In this document: positions 1-12,900 of the stretch, piece after piece
Layout: each line of letters opens with the position of its first letter
How positions within the stretch are numbered: the first letter of the stretch is position 1
DNA from: Octopus sinensis
Lineage: Eukaryota
Direction: 5' to 3'
Assembly: GCF_006345805.1 (NCBI RefSeq)
Contig: NC_043000.1
Coordinates: forward strand, 104,222,001-104,286,000
Length of the DNA: 64,000 bases
Translations under genes and position numbers: made by a program
Notes under the pieces: generated by a model
Told to the model about the DNA's origin: nothing
Databases searched by the model: none
Seen by the model: the letters and a program-made list of their open reading frames with translations, nothing else

Positions 1-430
1 TGTGGGTCAGGTCTTTGATGGTGTCAACTGCCTCTTTAGACAGTGTTAGCAATATCTAAGTATGCATGATTTTTTAAAAATTTATTTTGATTTATGAAAT
101 AATTCGCTGAAAACAAGCAACACCATTCGTTAACCCATAAGGAAGTCGTGTGAACTGATACAGACATCCATTTTCCTTGAATGTGGTATAAATTTTATTG
201 TCTTTGTGGAGCAGTACACAATGAGAAGCACTATGTAACTAGAGATCTTGTTTACTAACTCATCTAGATTCAGCAAGGTAAATTCATCTAGATAAGTAAA
301 CTTATTTATCGTAGCTAAGTAATCAATAACTAGTCTTTTTTTTGTATTGCTTTGAACCACATGTACTTGAGCTGTCCATGGTGAATTGCTTGATTCGATG
401 ATGCCTTCCATCAACTATAGCTTGATTTTG
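1..430 (-). mobile_element. Ty3/Gypsy LTR-retrotransposon reverse transcriptase relic (frameshifted)
   Basis: Minus strand GIIESSNSPWTAQV...KKRLVIDY...INKFTYLDEF; a second frame reads YTTFKENGCLYQFTRLPYGLTNGVACFQR. Confidence 0.85.
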
Positions 431-519
431 AAAGAGATTATTTTGCTCATCCAACATATAAAATTTTTCCCACTGCTTTTTATTTATTTATTTATTTGTT
501 TTTACTGCCTCTTATTAGT

Positions 520-935
520 GCAGGCATTTCCCCCAAGCACATGCATTTGGGTTCAGATCTGTTGCATGGCACCTTAGGCAAGTGTCTTCTACTTTAGCCC
601 TAGATTGATCAAATCCTTGTGAGTGTTGTTTTGATAAATGGAAACTGAAAGAAGCCTGTTATATAAATGTGTGTGTGTGTGTGTGTTACTATCTCCTTGC
701 TCTGACATTACATGATAGCTGTAAACAAGAGTTACTGTCATGCAAACAGTCTCCTTCACTCTCAGTCTTTCGTGAAAACATGTGACTAGTGGAAGTCGTT
801 GCCTTACTTGGAAATGAGGGCGGATTGACTAGGTGGTGGGGGAATCTAACTGTGAGAAACCAACTTCAAAAAATTTTGTCCAACTCATGTGGGCATGGAA
901 AAGTGGACACCAAAGTTTTGATCATGATAATGCAT
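520..935 (+). mobile_element. Decayed SINE with the common tRNA/CORE-like head and an RTE-like 3' end
   Basis: ggcaccttaggcaagtgtcttctac head, (TG)n, then tccaactcatgtgggcatggaaaagtggac resembling the RTE tail. Confidence 0.55.
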
Positions 936-1476
936 AACTAAAAATAGCATAGCAATGAAAATACAGTAATTATTCTATGGCTACAATGTTATTTTAAACA
1001 TTTTGATTATGTGGACAAATATTTCTAGTTAGCTTTTGATGATGTACTGTAGACAACTTTGGATGTGTTTCAGTTTTAGAAGGGAATTTTTCTTTCACTC
1101 ATTTAATGAAACCACTAAGTAACAAATATGAACTCCAAGGTGATCCTAGACTCATTTTATTCTACAGGCAAAGGGCACAAAAGTAGTTATCTGCATCAGT
1201 GATAATCATAAAGTAAATTTTGCAAGTTTAATGCTTTTCATTTGAGATTTTCTTTTCTTCAGTTCATCATTGTTTTAAAGTTCACTTTTCTATGCTTGCT
1301 TGAGCCTTTTCCCCATAATATATGAACTTACCCAAATTACAATTTTACATAAGATTTGAACTCTTGATTTCATGTCTGATAGCTCAACATCCTTTGCAGC
1401 TGTTGCATGTGTGTGCATATGTTATTATAAATTTATGTATTTAGTCATTTAATCTCTTGCATATTTATGTTTTCAG

Positions 1477-1648
1477 AGTATGATGGTCTCTTCATAAGTA
1501 ATGGCCCAGGTGATCCAATGCTTTGCACAGACACTATTAATAACTTGAAGCGAGTGATTGATGATCCACAGTGTAAACCTATCTTTGGAATCTGTCTGGG
1601 ACACCAACTGCTCTCACTTGCTATAGGAGCAAAAACATATAAAATGAA
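1477..1648 (+). CDS. CAD: CAD exon (GATase: [13 protein letters not shown]...GICLGHQLL, catalytic Cys)
   Basis: ttttcag acceptor, gtaggt donor, phase 1 to 2. Confidence 0.95.
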
Positions 1649-4600
1649 GTAGGTTGATAGTACTTTCATGTATATCAAAATGTTTTGTACCACTTATTCA
1701 TTTATTTGTTTATCTGAAGTACTGTTGAAAAGAAAGCTGTTTGTGCCAGTGGAATGTTAAAAGCACATCTGAACGTGGGTGTAACCGGTCCTCTTATGAG
1801 TACCCTTCATTCATTGGGCAATGAACTTTGCTTGCGAAGACCTATTGAAGCAAGTGTAAGCAAATCAAAATCGCTGATGTGACTGATGACAGTACTGTCT
1901 GATTGACACTTGTGCCTGTGGAATGTTAAAAGCACATCCGAGCATGATTGTTGTCAAGGCCAAGGATCAGCTCCTGTGCCAGTGACACATGAAAAACACC
2001 ATTTGAGCATGGTTGTTGCCAGCATCACCCTACCGGCACATGAAAAACAACATTCGAGCGTGGTCATTGCCAGTGCCGCAAGGGCATCCAGCTGTAGAAA
2101 CTTTACCTGATCAGATTGAGCCTGGTGCAGCCTCTGGCTCACCAGTCCTCAGCCAAACTGTCCAACCCATGCCAGCATGGAAAGCGGACGTTAAACGATG
2201 ATGATGATGAGTTCATAGTAATGTTTTGGGCTTTGATAAGGTAAGGATAACAGAAAGAGTGGCGTTGTTGCATAGTCTGTACGTTACTGAGAAAGCAATT
2301 GAAGCTAAGTATGTAAGAGAGATGTAAGGTGAATGAAGGGGAGAAGAAGGTTGAATATTTTATACAATCTTCCAAATTAAAATTCATAAAACCTTCATGC
2401 AGCTCGGTTTTCTGCAAGCTAAGATTCAAGCAAATATTTGTGCTCTACTAGGATTAGATTTGACATTAAAGATAATTCTACTAAACATGGTGCTGTTTGT
2501 TCATTATGTAACTTGCTTGAGGAGATTAACATCAATAATTTGATGATCCGTAAAGAAAATAAATCAAATCTGCTTTTATTTTGCAATAATTTCAAGTTTT
2601 GATGTGGCTCTCCAAACTGTTCTTGAAATCAGTAGCTAATTTGCTCATGTGCTTTATTTTAATATATTTTTATTTTTTATGCAGGTATGGTAACCGTGGT
2701 CACAATCAACCTTGCACTCACTTGGACACCAGTAGATGCTTCATCACCACTCAGAACCATGGCTTTGCTGTAGATGCTAAAACATTGCCAGGTGGCTGGT
2801 CTCCATTGTTCATTAATGAAAATGATCAAACAAATGAAGGTGTCATTCATCATACTAAACCTTTTTTCAGGTAAGAGTCAGCTTTGGGTTTGGTGTAGTT
2901 TAGCCATTTTATACTTTTGTGTATCGGTCTATGCCATCCAATATGTCCTTCCTCTTTTTTTAAACGGATTTGTGTGAGATTTAGCTGCTGTTTCTAGCAT
3001 AGAGGCTCATGGTTTGTTGCTGCTGTATAGTCCCAAGTGAAACTCATAACCAGAATCATTCCAGCTATGTCTATCCTAGCATTTTCAGATCTAGTGTACC
3101 TTAAACATTACTTCAATGTGTTTTTTTTTTTCCACAGATAGTTTAATTTAAAGGAAATTGATTGTTTAGGACATGATGACAACATGCTGAACACTATTTA
3201 TCTAACTGTATTGACAAACTATTTTCAACACCCTCACATACGCACATGTGTGACAGTGTAGACGAGATGAACTTTAAAATGCCTGCTTGGTTATTTACAA
3301 CTATCAATGTATCTGAATTGGTAATTAATTTAACTCACCTAAGTTGTTAAAAGCCACAGTAATTTGATCTAGTCATACCAACATGGATAAACCAATGTAA
3401 AGGACTATAGAATATTAGTGTCCTACAAATGAGGATTTTGATTTACTATTTCATTAATGTGTTAAATCTTGTTTTTTTTTCTATTATTATTAATTTTGCT
3501 CTTATTGCAGTGTTCAGTTTCATCCCGAACACACTGCTGGTCCTGAAGATTTGGAGTTCCTGTTTGATGTATTTGTGGATCAAGTACGTGCAATGAAAGC
3601 TGGACATATCAAGTAAGGGAAAAATAATTTTGACTGTTCATTGTCTCCTCTTTATGTGTATTTGTTAGTGCGTGCCTGCAAACAATTGATTGTATGTGTG
3701 TGCAAGTGACCTTCAATCATTCATGTCTGGTTTGAGCAATTAGATAAGATGAAAACTGATTTTATAAATATAATACTTGATTTTGTTTCTGTACTAGTTT
3801 TTAACAATACTAAGCCTGCAGCATTGTTTGGGTGCAAATGGCAGCTTTGAACTAGAAAAGTACTAGTTGCATACTGATGTTGATCTAATCAACTGGCCCC
3901 TTCCTAGAGTAGAAAAGGATACCCGGCTTACTCCATTGATTTCATTCTGAGTTAAATTTTGCTTAGTATCACTGGAATTAAAAGATTACTTTGAAATCAA
4001 CCACAACTACTCACAGCAGAATTTTAAGAATATATAAATATGACTTTAGCTTGGGGATTATGAATTACTTGTTCTTGCTGTTTACAGTGATGAACTGATT
4101 GCCCACCCCTGGTCCTTTTTATGGTTGGTGAAAATTAAATAGCCAATTGGATATGTTCAAATTCATTGTGGTTGTTTAGTTGAATGCTTTTAATTGAAAA
4201 TTTTACTTCATCTAGCTCTTGGGAATTGGTACTAAATTATTTGAGAAGGTTTCTTGAAAGAGGCTGGTATCCTATCCAGATAGTTTCATTTCATGTGGTG
4301 TTGATTCTTATAAAATACCCTTTTGTAGCTCAGAAGATATATGCTTATTTTGCATTGTCTACACCAGAGTTGACATGGGGTAGGATATATTTGCATTAAT
4401 TATGCACACTTCATAGTGATGTAGAGGTGAATATTTACTCTTCAGTTATTAGTTCAATACCTTTTGACTCAGTCTTTTACAACTTCCTGATAAAATAAAG
4501 TTGCTTCCCAGGTCCCTTAAGAGCTGGTACTTAGTGTTGTTGTTACTTGAGTTTGGTTGTTTAGATTAATTTGTGCCTTTTATTTACACTGTAATGGAGA

Positions 4601-7600
4601 AAACACCAAATTATATGTTGATCCCCACCTAAAAATCCTCTACCTTCAACTACCAAATTCTGTGCTGGTCCACACACACATACCAGATTCTATTTTGATC
4701 ATCTCTCCCCAACCAAATTTTGTAGAAAACTGTTTATAATAATTTTGCATAATACTTTCATCTGTTCTTTTCACACAGGTTCTCTATACGTGAGAGCATC
4801 CGGCAGAAGTTAAACTATGTTTGTAACCCAGTACCTCCTTGCCGGAAGGTTCTGTTACTTGGCTCAGGTGGACTGTCTATTGGGCAAGCAGGAGAATTTG
4901 ATTACTCTGGTTCACAGGTCAGTCAGTTTCAGGATGTGATTTCACATCTAATTTTACATTTAGTATAATGTACTGTGTTAGAGCAGCAGCTGTATTTATT
5001 CCTCATTTAATTCAAATGTGATGTGTAACATAATCTGTGTATGATATATGGCTATTATAGTGTATTTATTGTTTGGACTTGGTTATAAGTATATCTATGT
5101 ATGGCTGACTTCGTTGTACAGGAGAGAAAACCTGACATATTGAATCTATGCTTGAGGGTGTTATAAAAATATGCGCTCTTTATATAGATGTGTGCATGTT
5201 TATGCATAAATAAAATCTCCCAGCTGCCAACGAGATTTTATATTTAAAAAAATGTTAGATACTCAGAGAGGAGAATGGTGAGATTAATGTTAATGTTCAG
5301 CATGAATGCAGGTAGACCTAAAGTAAAATCCAGAAGATTGCGTACATCCTGGACAAGCATTTGTGTTTAATATATAGTGTAGGAAGTGAGAAAAATGGGA
5401 TTACAAGACAAAGAAAGACAAATAGGTCTGGTGGGAAGAGAACCAGAAGTGGTTTTAGTGACTATAGAAAAGGCTGAGAGAAGAAACTAGTAAATGTAGT
5501 GTGTTGATGAATGACTTTCTTTGAATGGGGTCTTGGATATTAGTGTGCTGGTAGCAGTACTATAGTATGGGCCTTTACATAACCTTTGTAGCTTGTTAAT
5601 AGATGATCAGGGTTCAAGTATTTGGTTGCTTGAAAGAGAAACTTTACTCTTTGTACTGCAGTTTTGTTATGTATTGACTATACTTCCCACACTGTGCATT
5701 AAGCACTTAGCCCTGACTTCCCTTCCTCTCCAAATGTACAACCTTCAGGACTTCAGTCAGTCCACATTTTCAAGCTGAGCAACAACCATATCAATCTCAC
5801 CAGTCTCCTCTCTGAGCATCTTAGATCTCTTGAGTATTTGTGCTGTTGAGAGATAAGGCTGTCCTAAACTCTTTGAAAATCTCAATGAAGGAAACTGTGT
5901 GAATATGTGTTGTATGGGTAGTTTGACGGGAAGTTTCGGATATAAGGAATGAGTGAATGGGGGCAAAAGTGTATTCAAAGTTTGCTACTCGGCTTTTTGT
6001 CCTAACTAGTCTTTGCTATGCACATGTCAACCCAAATCATTATATATTACTACTAATGATATACACCCAGTGTATTCTGTAAAATAGTTTGCAATAGGAA
6101 AGGTATCCATCTGTAAAAACCATGTTAAAAATAAAAATGCTATATACAATAAAAGAGATTGGCAGTTTTTTTCCATTGCTGTGTTAGATGATAAAGCAGT
6201 AGGACATTAACTCACTGTTTGACTTATCCAACTTCCCCTGTCAGATATGGATGGGATTGACCCAATCTACTTACACTTCTTTCAAACTTAAGGCCTTGTA
6301 TCAATTTTAGAAATTATTGTTATCAAGAGGACTCTGTTTTCATAGACATGGTAGTGCAAGATAAACTACCTTTACTTTCTGAATTAGTGAGTACTAGGTA
6401 CAAAATGCTGAAGACATGGAAAAATAAGTCATATTTCAGGATGCTGGGCCATATGAATGATCTGTCACAAGACTGAGATAAGTGGTATTCCATATGGTAC
6501 ATTTGTCTGGTCCATGTAAATATGGAAAAACACATGATGTGGATTTTGAACCATAAAGATATGTGTGAGTATCAACTATCTAAATTTGCAAACAAATCTG
6601 CCACAAACTATTTTAAAAATCTATTTATCCTTTGTCAAAAACAAGCTCCTGGCTCCTTTAACTACTCTATCTCATTTATTTTTTTAATTTTTATTTTACA
6701 GTCCTTTGTTCGTGCTGGGACAAGTGAGAGATTAAATATTCTTTATTCTTTTTTATGAAAATTTATGCATTTCTTATCTTTAGAACAATTAGCTTTGTTC
6801 AGAAATTTTAAATGGCAATATACATAAAGAATGTTGAAATAAATAAAATTAATTAAAAATTTGATGATAATGATTGCGAGTTTTTTCTATTGATTTAGAG
6901 CAATTACTTTTCGTTGGGTCATCTTACTTCTAACCACTTGAACAGTGAAGTGACCAAGCTAACAAAGTTTTTATGTGGTCACTCAGATTCTAGTAATTGC
7001 TGGCAATTCGCCATCTCTTTCAAAATCACACCCTATTGTCTTTTAAGTAGGAGTGGAACCTCAAACCAGCAGAGTTGTGCACAGCTTGCCTTATGCCACA
7101 ACAGAATGGTTTGACTGCAGTAAAAGTTGAACTTTTGACAGATAACAGCATGTCAACAATTGCTCAATCAGTCAACCAAGCCATGAGTCTAATCAGTATA
7201 TATGTTTCTGTTTTTTTGCAGGCTATCAAAGCTTTAACTGAAGAAGGTATTCAGATAATTCTAATTAATCCCAACATTGCTACAGTACAGACATCAAAGT
7301 GGTTGGCTGATAAAGTGTATTTCCTCCCTATCACTGCAGACTATGTCACAGATGTAAGTTCTTTGTGCTGTTAATTTGTTCATTTATATATATATATATA
7401 CATACACACATTTTTACTTGTGATCTATTACTAATCAGCAGGAAAATGATCTTAAAAGATAATAAATTCACACTCTGGTCATGCTACTAGAGGGGAAAAT
7501 TAAATCAAATGGAGTAGGGGTGATCAAGATGCTAAATGCAGGTGAAATCTCACATACATACATACTTTCATTCATTCATTCATTCATACATACCTGCATA

Positions 7601-8745
7601 AGTATAAAATTAAATATTAAACTTTTTTTTTTTTCATGTTTGTACATTTGCTCTTCCTGTCACTAACCCTTAATTCTTTTCCCGGCAAAAGGATAACATA
7701 TCTCACTTACCTTCAAAGCAAGAAATTGTTGACTTGAAGTTGTTGATAGCAATGATTACAGTGATCTTTCTCAAAAATGTTAATAAACATGCCTCCGTGA
7801 ATATGCATGTATATATGTGCATATATGTCTATAAATATGTATACGACGGACTCCTGTTGTAGACAACATATGAGCATTCAGCTTTTGACGAATGACTTGA
7901 CAAATCATTTGTTTATAGTGTTCAAATGTTCATGGTGCACATTAGCTCACTTTTACTATCAGATCAATACTGTCTGAGCAGGTGCACTGTGTTACATGTC
8001 AGGTATTGAAGTGATTACAGAGCAACTTGAAATGAAGTGTTTTGCTCAGGAACACAATACACTACCTGGTCTAGGAGTTAAAATCACAATCACCAGAACG
8101 TGAGTACAACTCCCTAACCACTAAGCCATGTGCCCTCACTCTGTGTGTGTGTGTATGTGTTTGAAAAACGAATAGGAGTGGCTTTTCTGATAATTGTTCC
8201 ACTTAAGTAATTAGATATTTATAAGTCATTAGGTGTTTACAAATTGTGACCGTTTCAAAACGGTCACGATTTGTGAATACCTAATGACTTACAAACATCT
8301 AATTTTTAAAGTGAAAAAATTATCAGAAGAGCCATTCATTTTCTCAAGTATACAATACTGTACCAAGGACTTGTTTCTAATTCAACCCATGCACCGTCCA
8401 ACCTATGCTAGCATGGAAAACAGACGTTAAACGATGATGATGATATAGCGATTGCAGCATGGAGTACATAAATGAACGTTAACTTCAAAATTTTAACCCA
8501 TAGAATCATGGAAGGCAGATGTTAGATTATGATGATTGTGTTTGAGTGTGTGTGTGTGTATGTATATATATATAAAGATAGATAGGCACAGGAGTGGCTG
8601 TGTGGTAAGTAGCTTGCTTACTGACCACATGGTTCCGGGTTCAGTCCCACTGTGTGGCACTTTGGGCAAGTGCCTTCTACTATAGCCTCGTGCCGACCAA
8701 AGACTTGTGAGTGGATTTGGTAGACGGAAACTGAAAGAAGCCTGT

Positions 8746-8803
<58 letters not shown>

Positions 8804-8998
8804 TTAATCCAAACGGGAAAACAGAAAAAACAACAACACGTGGAACAATTACAGTATTATTATTATTAGGCGCTCAGGAAAATGGAAGAAGGAGGGTATG
8901 ACGTTTCGAGCGGAACTCTTCGTCGGAAACATAGGAGAAAGAAAGATCCCGAGACGGGAGGACAGAGGAAAAAAAATTGCAGGTAGTCTTCACGAGGT

Positions 8999-9053
<55 letters not shown>

Positions 9054-9924
9054 GTATCTGTGGTTGTTCCCCCACCATTGCTTGACAACCGATATTGGTG
9101 TGTTTACATTCCTGTAACTTAGCTGTTCGGCAAAAGAATCCAATAGAATAAGTACTAGGCTTACAAAGAATAAATCCTCGGGTTGATTTCTTTGACTAAA
9201 AGTGGTTCTCCAGCGTGGCTGCAGTCAAATGACAAACAAATAAAAGAATATATGTATATGTGGGTGTGTGTGTGTGTGTGTTGGTTTTACTGTCTTCTTG
9301 CCTTGGCATCAGGTTGTAGTTGTGAGTATCACTGTCTTGCAAGTGGTGTCTTGTTTCCAATCTTCCATGAAAGCATATCTGAGCATGGTGAAATTATTAC
9401 CTCATTAAAAAACAGGCGTGGACTAATATTTTTAACCGAGGTGTTAAAGTATCTGATTGTTCAAATGCTTCAGTTTTGTGTATATACATTTATTCACTTC
9501 ATTGTTAATATTTATGTTGTCATTAATAAAACTGTTGGCAATCCTGATAAATCAATAAAGAAAATTATTGTGCATTAATTTATTAATTTCCTCGTAACTC
9601 TTTAAACCAGGAAGGTAAATAGTTATTGCATCAACCAGTAAAACTGGGTCAGTGTATAGGAAATGTCAGGTTCTAGTTTTTATATATATATATATATCTT
9701 TTGGCTATCATTTAAAAAGCATTTACTCTTTTATTTGTTTCAGTCATTTGACTGTGGCCATGCTGGAGCACTGCCTTTTAGTCGAGCAAATCGACCCCAT
9801 GACTTATTCTTTGTAAGGCTAGTACTTATTCTATCGGTCTCTTTTGCCGAACCGCTAAGTTACGAGGACGTAAACACACCAGCATTGGTTGTCAAGCGTT
9901 GTTGGGGAGACAAATTCACACACC

Positions 9925-9957
<33 letters not shown>

Positions 9958-12900
9958 CATGCATACGGCAGGCTTCTTTCAGTTTCCCTCTACCAAATCC
10001 ACTCACAAGGCTTTGGTCGGCCCGAGGCTATAGTAGAAGACACTTTGCCAAGGTGGCACGTAGTGGGACTGAACCCAGTACCGTGTGGTTGGTAAGCAAG
10101 CTACTTACCACACAGCCACTCCTACGCCTATTTAAAAGTTTATCATGTGATAAAAAAAATACAATGTTACTCAGTGACTAATGTTCTATTTTTACATGTA
10201 GACAAAACAATCCTGTACATGTTTCCATCTTATGATACCCTCATCAGTGAATCACAAACTTGGCATGTCAAAGTTTATCGTTAACTGAAAATTTTATAAC
10301 TATCTAGAACTGTAGTTAGCAGTTAATTACCTGTACATAAATAACATAAGACAGGTATGGCTTACTTTTATAGTGCTGGGAATTAGGCAAGCATTTGAGT
10401 TGAAATGTTCTGATATACATAGCTTTAAGAGGGATGGCATCTGCCAAATTAACTTAGTCGAGTGTGTCTCTTGCCAGAATTTGTGGCTCAATCTTCCATC
10501 AAATGAAACCCTAAGCAAGGCAGAACATATTGAATAGTATAGCTCTAGATATAGTTTGTATGAAAATAAAATTGGATTGTCATTGTTGGAACACTCAGTT
10601 CTGTTCAGCTCAGTCAGAGTAGTCTTAGGAAAGGAAGACAATCTTCGTGATGTTCCAGTCTGTTTAGCTATCTCTTGTTAACTGATTGCTAAAGTGCGGC
10701 AATAGAGTCTTATCAAGAGAAACTGTTTATCCACCTGTTATATATGCCATCTTGACTGAAATCAGAACTCAACTCTCCAGTATTCTTTTCTCTTTTTTTT
10801 AATATGTATATATTTGGTTAGGAGATTCAGCTGAAGTAATAATATACCAGGCTAAATACCTTTTTGTTCTGAGTTCAGTTGCTGTCTTTGTTGATAAAAT
10901 ATGTGTTTTCTTACAAATCTCATGGCAGATCCATCAGAAAAATTAATTATAGTAGTTGTTTGTTATTGTTTATTTAATACGGCTTTGTTTCAGATTTGAT
11001 CTGAAGAATATGCAGTTGTCTAAATACTAGTGATATATCTTTTCTTTCATTATAGGTGATTAAAAATGAAAGGCCTGATGGCGTCCTTCTAACATTTGGA
11101 GGTCAAACTGCTCTGAACTGTGGTTTTGAGTTGACCAAGCTGGGTGTATTTGAGAAATATGGTGTCAAAGTTTTGGGCACTCAAGTACATTCCATTGAGA
11201 GAACTGAAGACAGGAAAATCTTTGCTGACAACATGGCAGAGATTAATGAACAAGTACCACCAAGTGAAGCAGCTTACACTGTAGAAGCGGTAAGTTGAAT
11301 ACCAAAATAATAATCATTGGTTAGTGAGGTTTGAAGTTGCTGTGATACTGGTGGATTAATTAGAAGATAGTATATTGCAGGCCAGTATTCCATTGTCTTT
11401 AGAGATCTTATCTTCAGAATTGTCAATTTACTTGCCAATATGTAGGAACAGTCATTAATGAAGTTAATTTTCAAAAATTAACATCCTGTCAGTTCCTTAT
11501 CTGTCTGGAGATTCTTTATACATTAAAATTTTTCCTCATCCTCCTAATTTTCAAGTTGAAATTTACTGTCTAGATGTATATAGAATAATAGAAGAGTTAA
11601 AGACATATTTTTTGGTCTTTATGGCTTAGTTACAGGATGAAGGGCAGTCCTCATAGCAGACTGGCTTTGGAAAGAGAGGTAGAAACTACAACTTCAGTGT
11701 TACTTCAAGACCTGGGCCGACTACTTACAACAAAGATGTCTGTTAAAAACTACATGGTGCTATAAAAATTGGCTTTCAGAATAAATAAATTTACTCTCTT
11801 ATCAATGTCCAGTCCATATTTGATCCAAAAAAACCTTAAAGATAAAGCTCTAAATTTTCAAAACCAGCATGTGCTCTGTGAGACATAAGACTACAATTCG
11901 TATTAAATTATATTTGCAGATATTGGTAGGAAAATATTAGAGAATAAGTAACTCGAAAGCAAGTCCTTTCTAAGCCAGTTGTAGTTAGAAATGACTTGAT
12001 TATTTTGTGGGGTTTTTTTTTTTTTCTGTCTTGTATAAAAGAGGTAATGCAGACTAAATGAAGTGTGTTTATTCTATAGAAGAGGCAAAATGTGAAAATA
12101 TTTTCTACTTACCATGAGTATTGACTGTAATCAAACTGAGTTGAAGATTTTGTAGATATACAATAAAAAATTTAAATCTTATTCTGTATTAGATGTTAGT
12201 TTTGGTTACATAAGTCACGTGACATGAATACCAGTTGAATGTTCATGAATAATTAATAGGTGTTTGGTGAAATCTGCTTTTATGTTTGTTATACAATCTA
12301 TAGCTGGCACAAGGTTAAAACAAAGTATATATGTATAGACATAAAGATATAGATATGAATGTGTGTGTGTATACATATTTTTTTCTTTCATGTTTCAGCT
12401 GAGTGGCTACAGTCATGTAGCACTGTGTGTATGTGAGAGAGAGAGAGATCTGAATGTAATAATTAGTTTGTGTATGTTCGCTTTCATGCTAATGTCCGAG
12501 TAGCACGGTTCCAAACAATATATATTGTGACAGAGTAGCCAATTGAAATGCTTATCACACTACTATAGCATTTTACTTTCACTTTAGTTTTAAACTTGCT
12601 TACATAATACTTTCATTTTAGATGATACAGATACACACATGCTTGTGTGTGTGTGCGTGTGCGCACGTACACATGGGTATATGAATCTGTTATAAAGATT
12701 CAACTATTTTGCTGTTTCAAAACTAGCTGAAAAGTGAAGCAGATTTTTTTTTATGTATATCTGAAAAATTAAGGGAGCATTAACAGAGCTACAATCTTAA
12801 AAATGTCAACCGGTTTATCAATTAAACCAGGAAGTTAAGAAACAGAGCCAGTTCACAACTTAAGGCTATATTTGAGTACTATTTCATGATAGCTTCTTTG

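Noticed and set aside
5330-5990. Possible CR1/L2 LINE remnant
   Set aside because: Resemblance too weak to support without an alignment.
8585-8680. tRNA gene-like A/B boxes at SINE heads
   Set aside because: No full cloverleaf; each continues into the SINE body.
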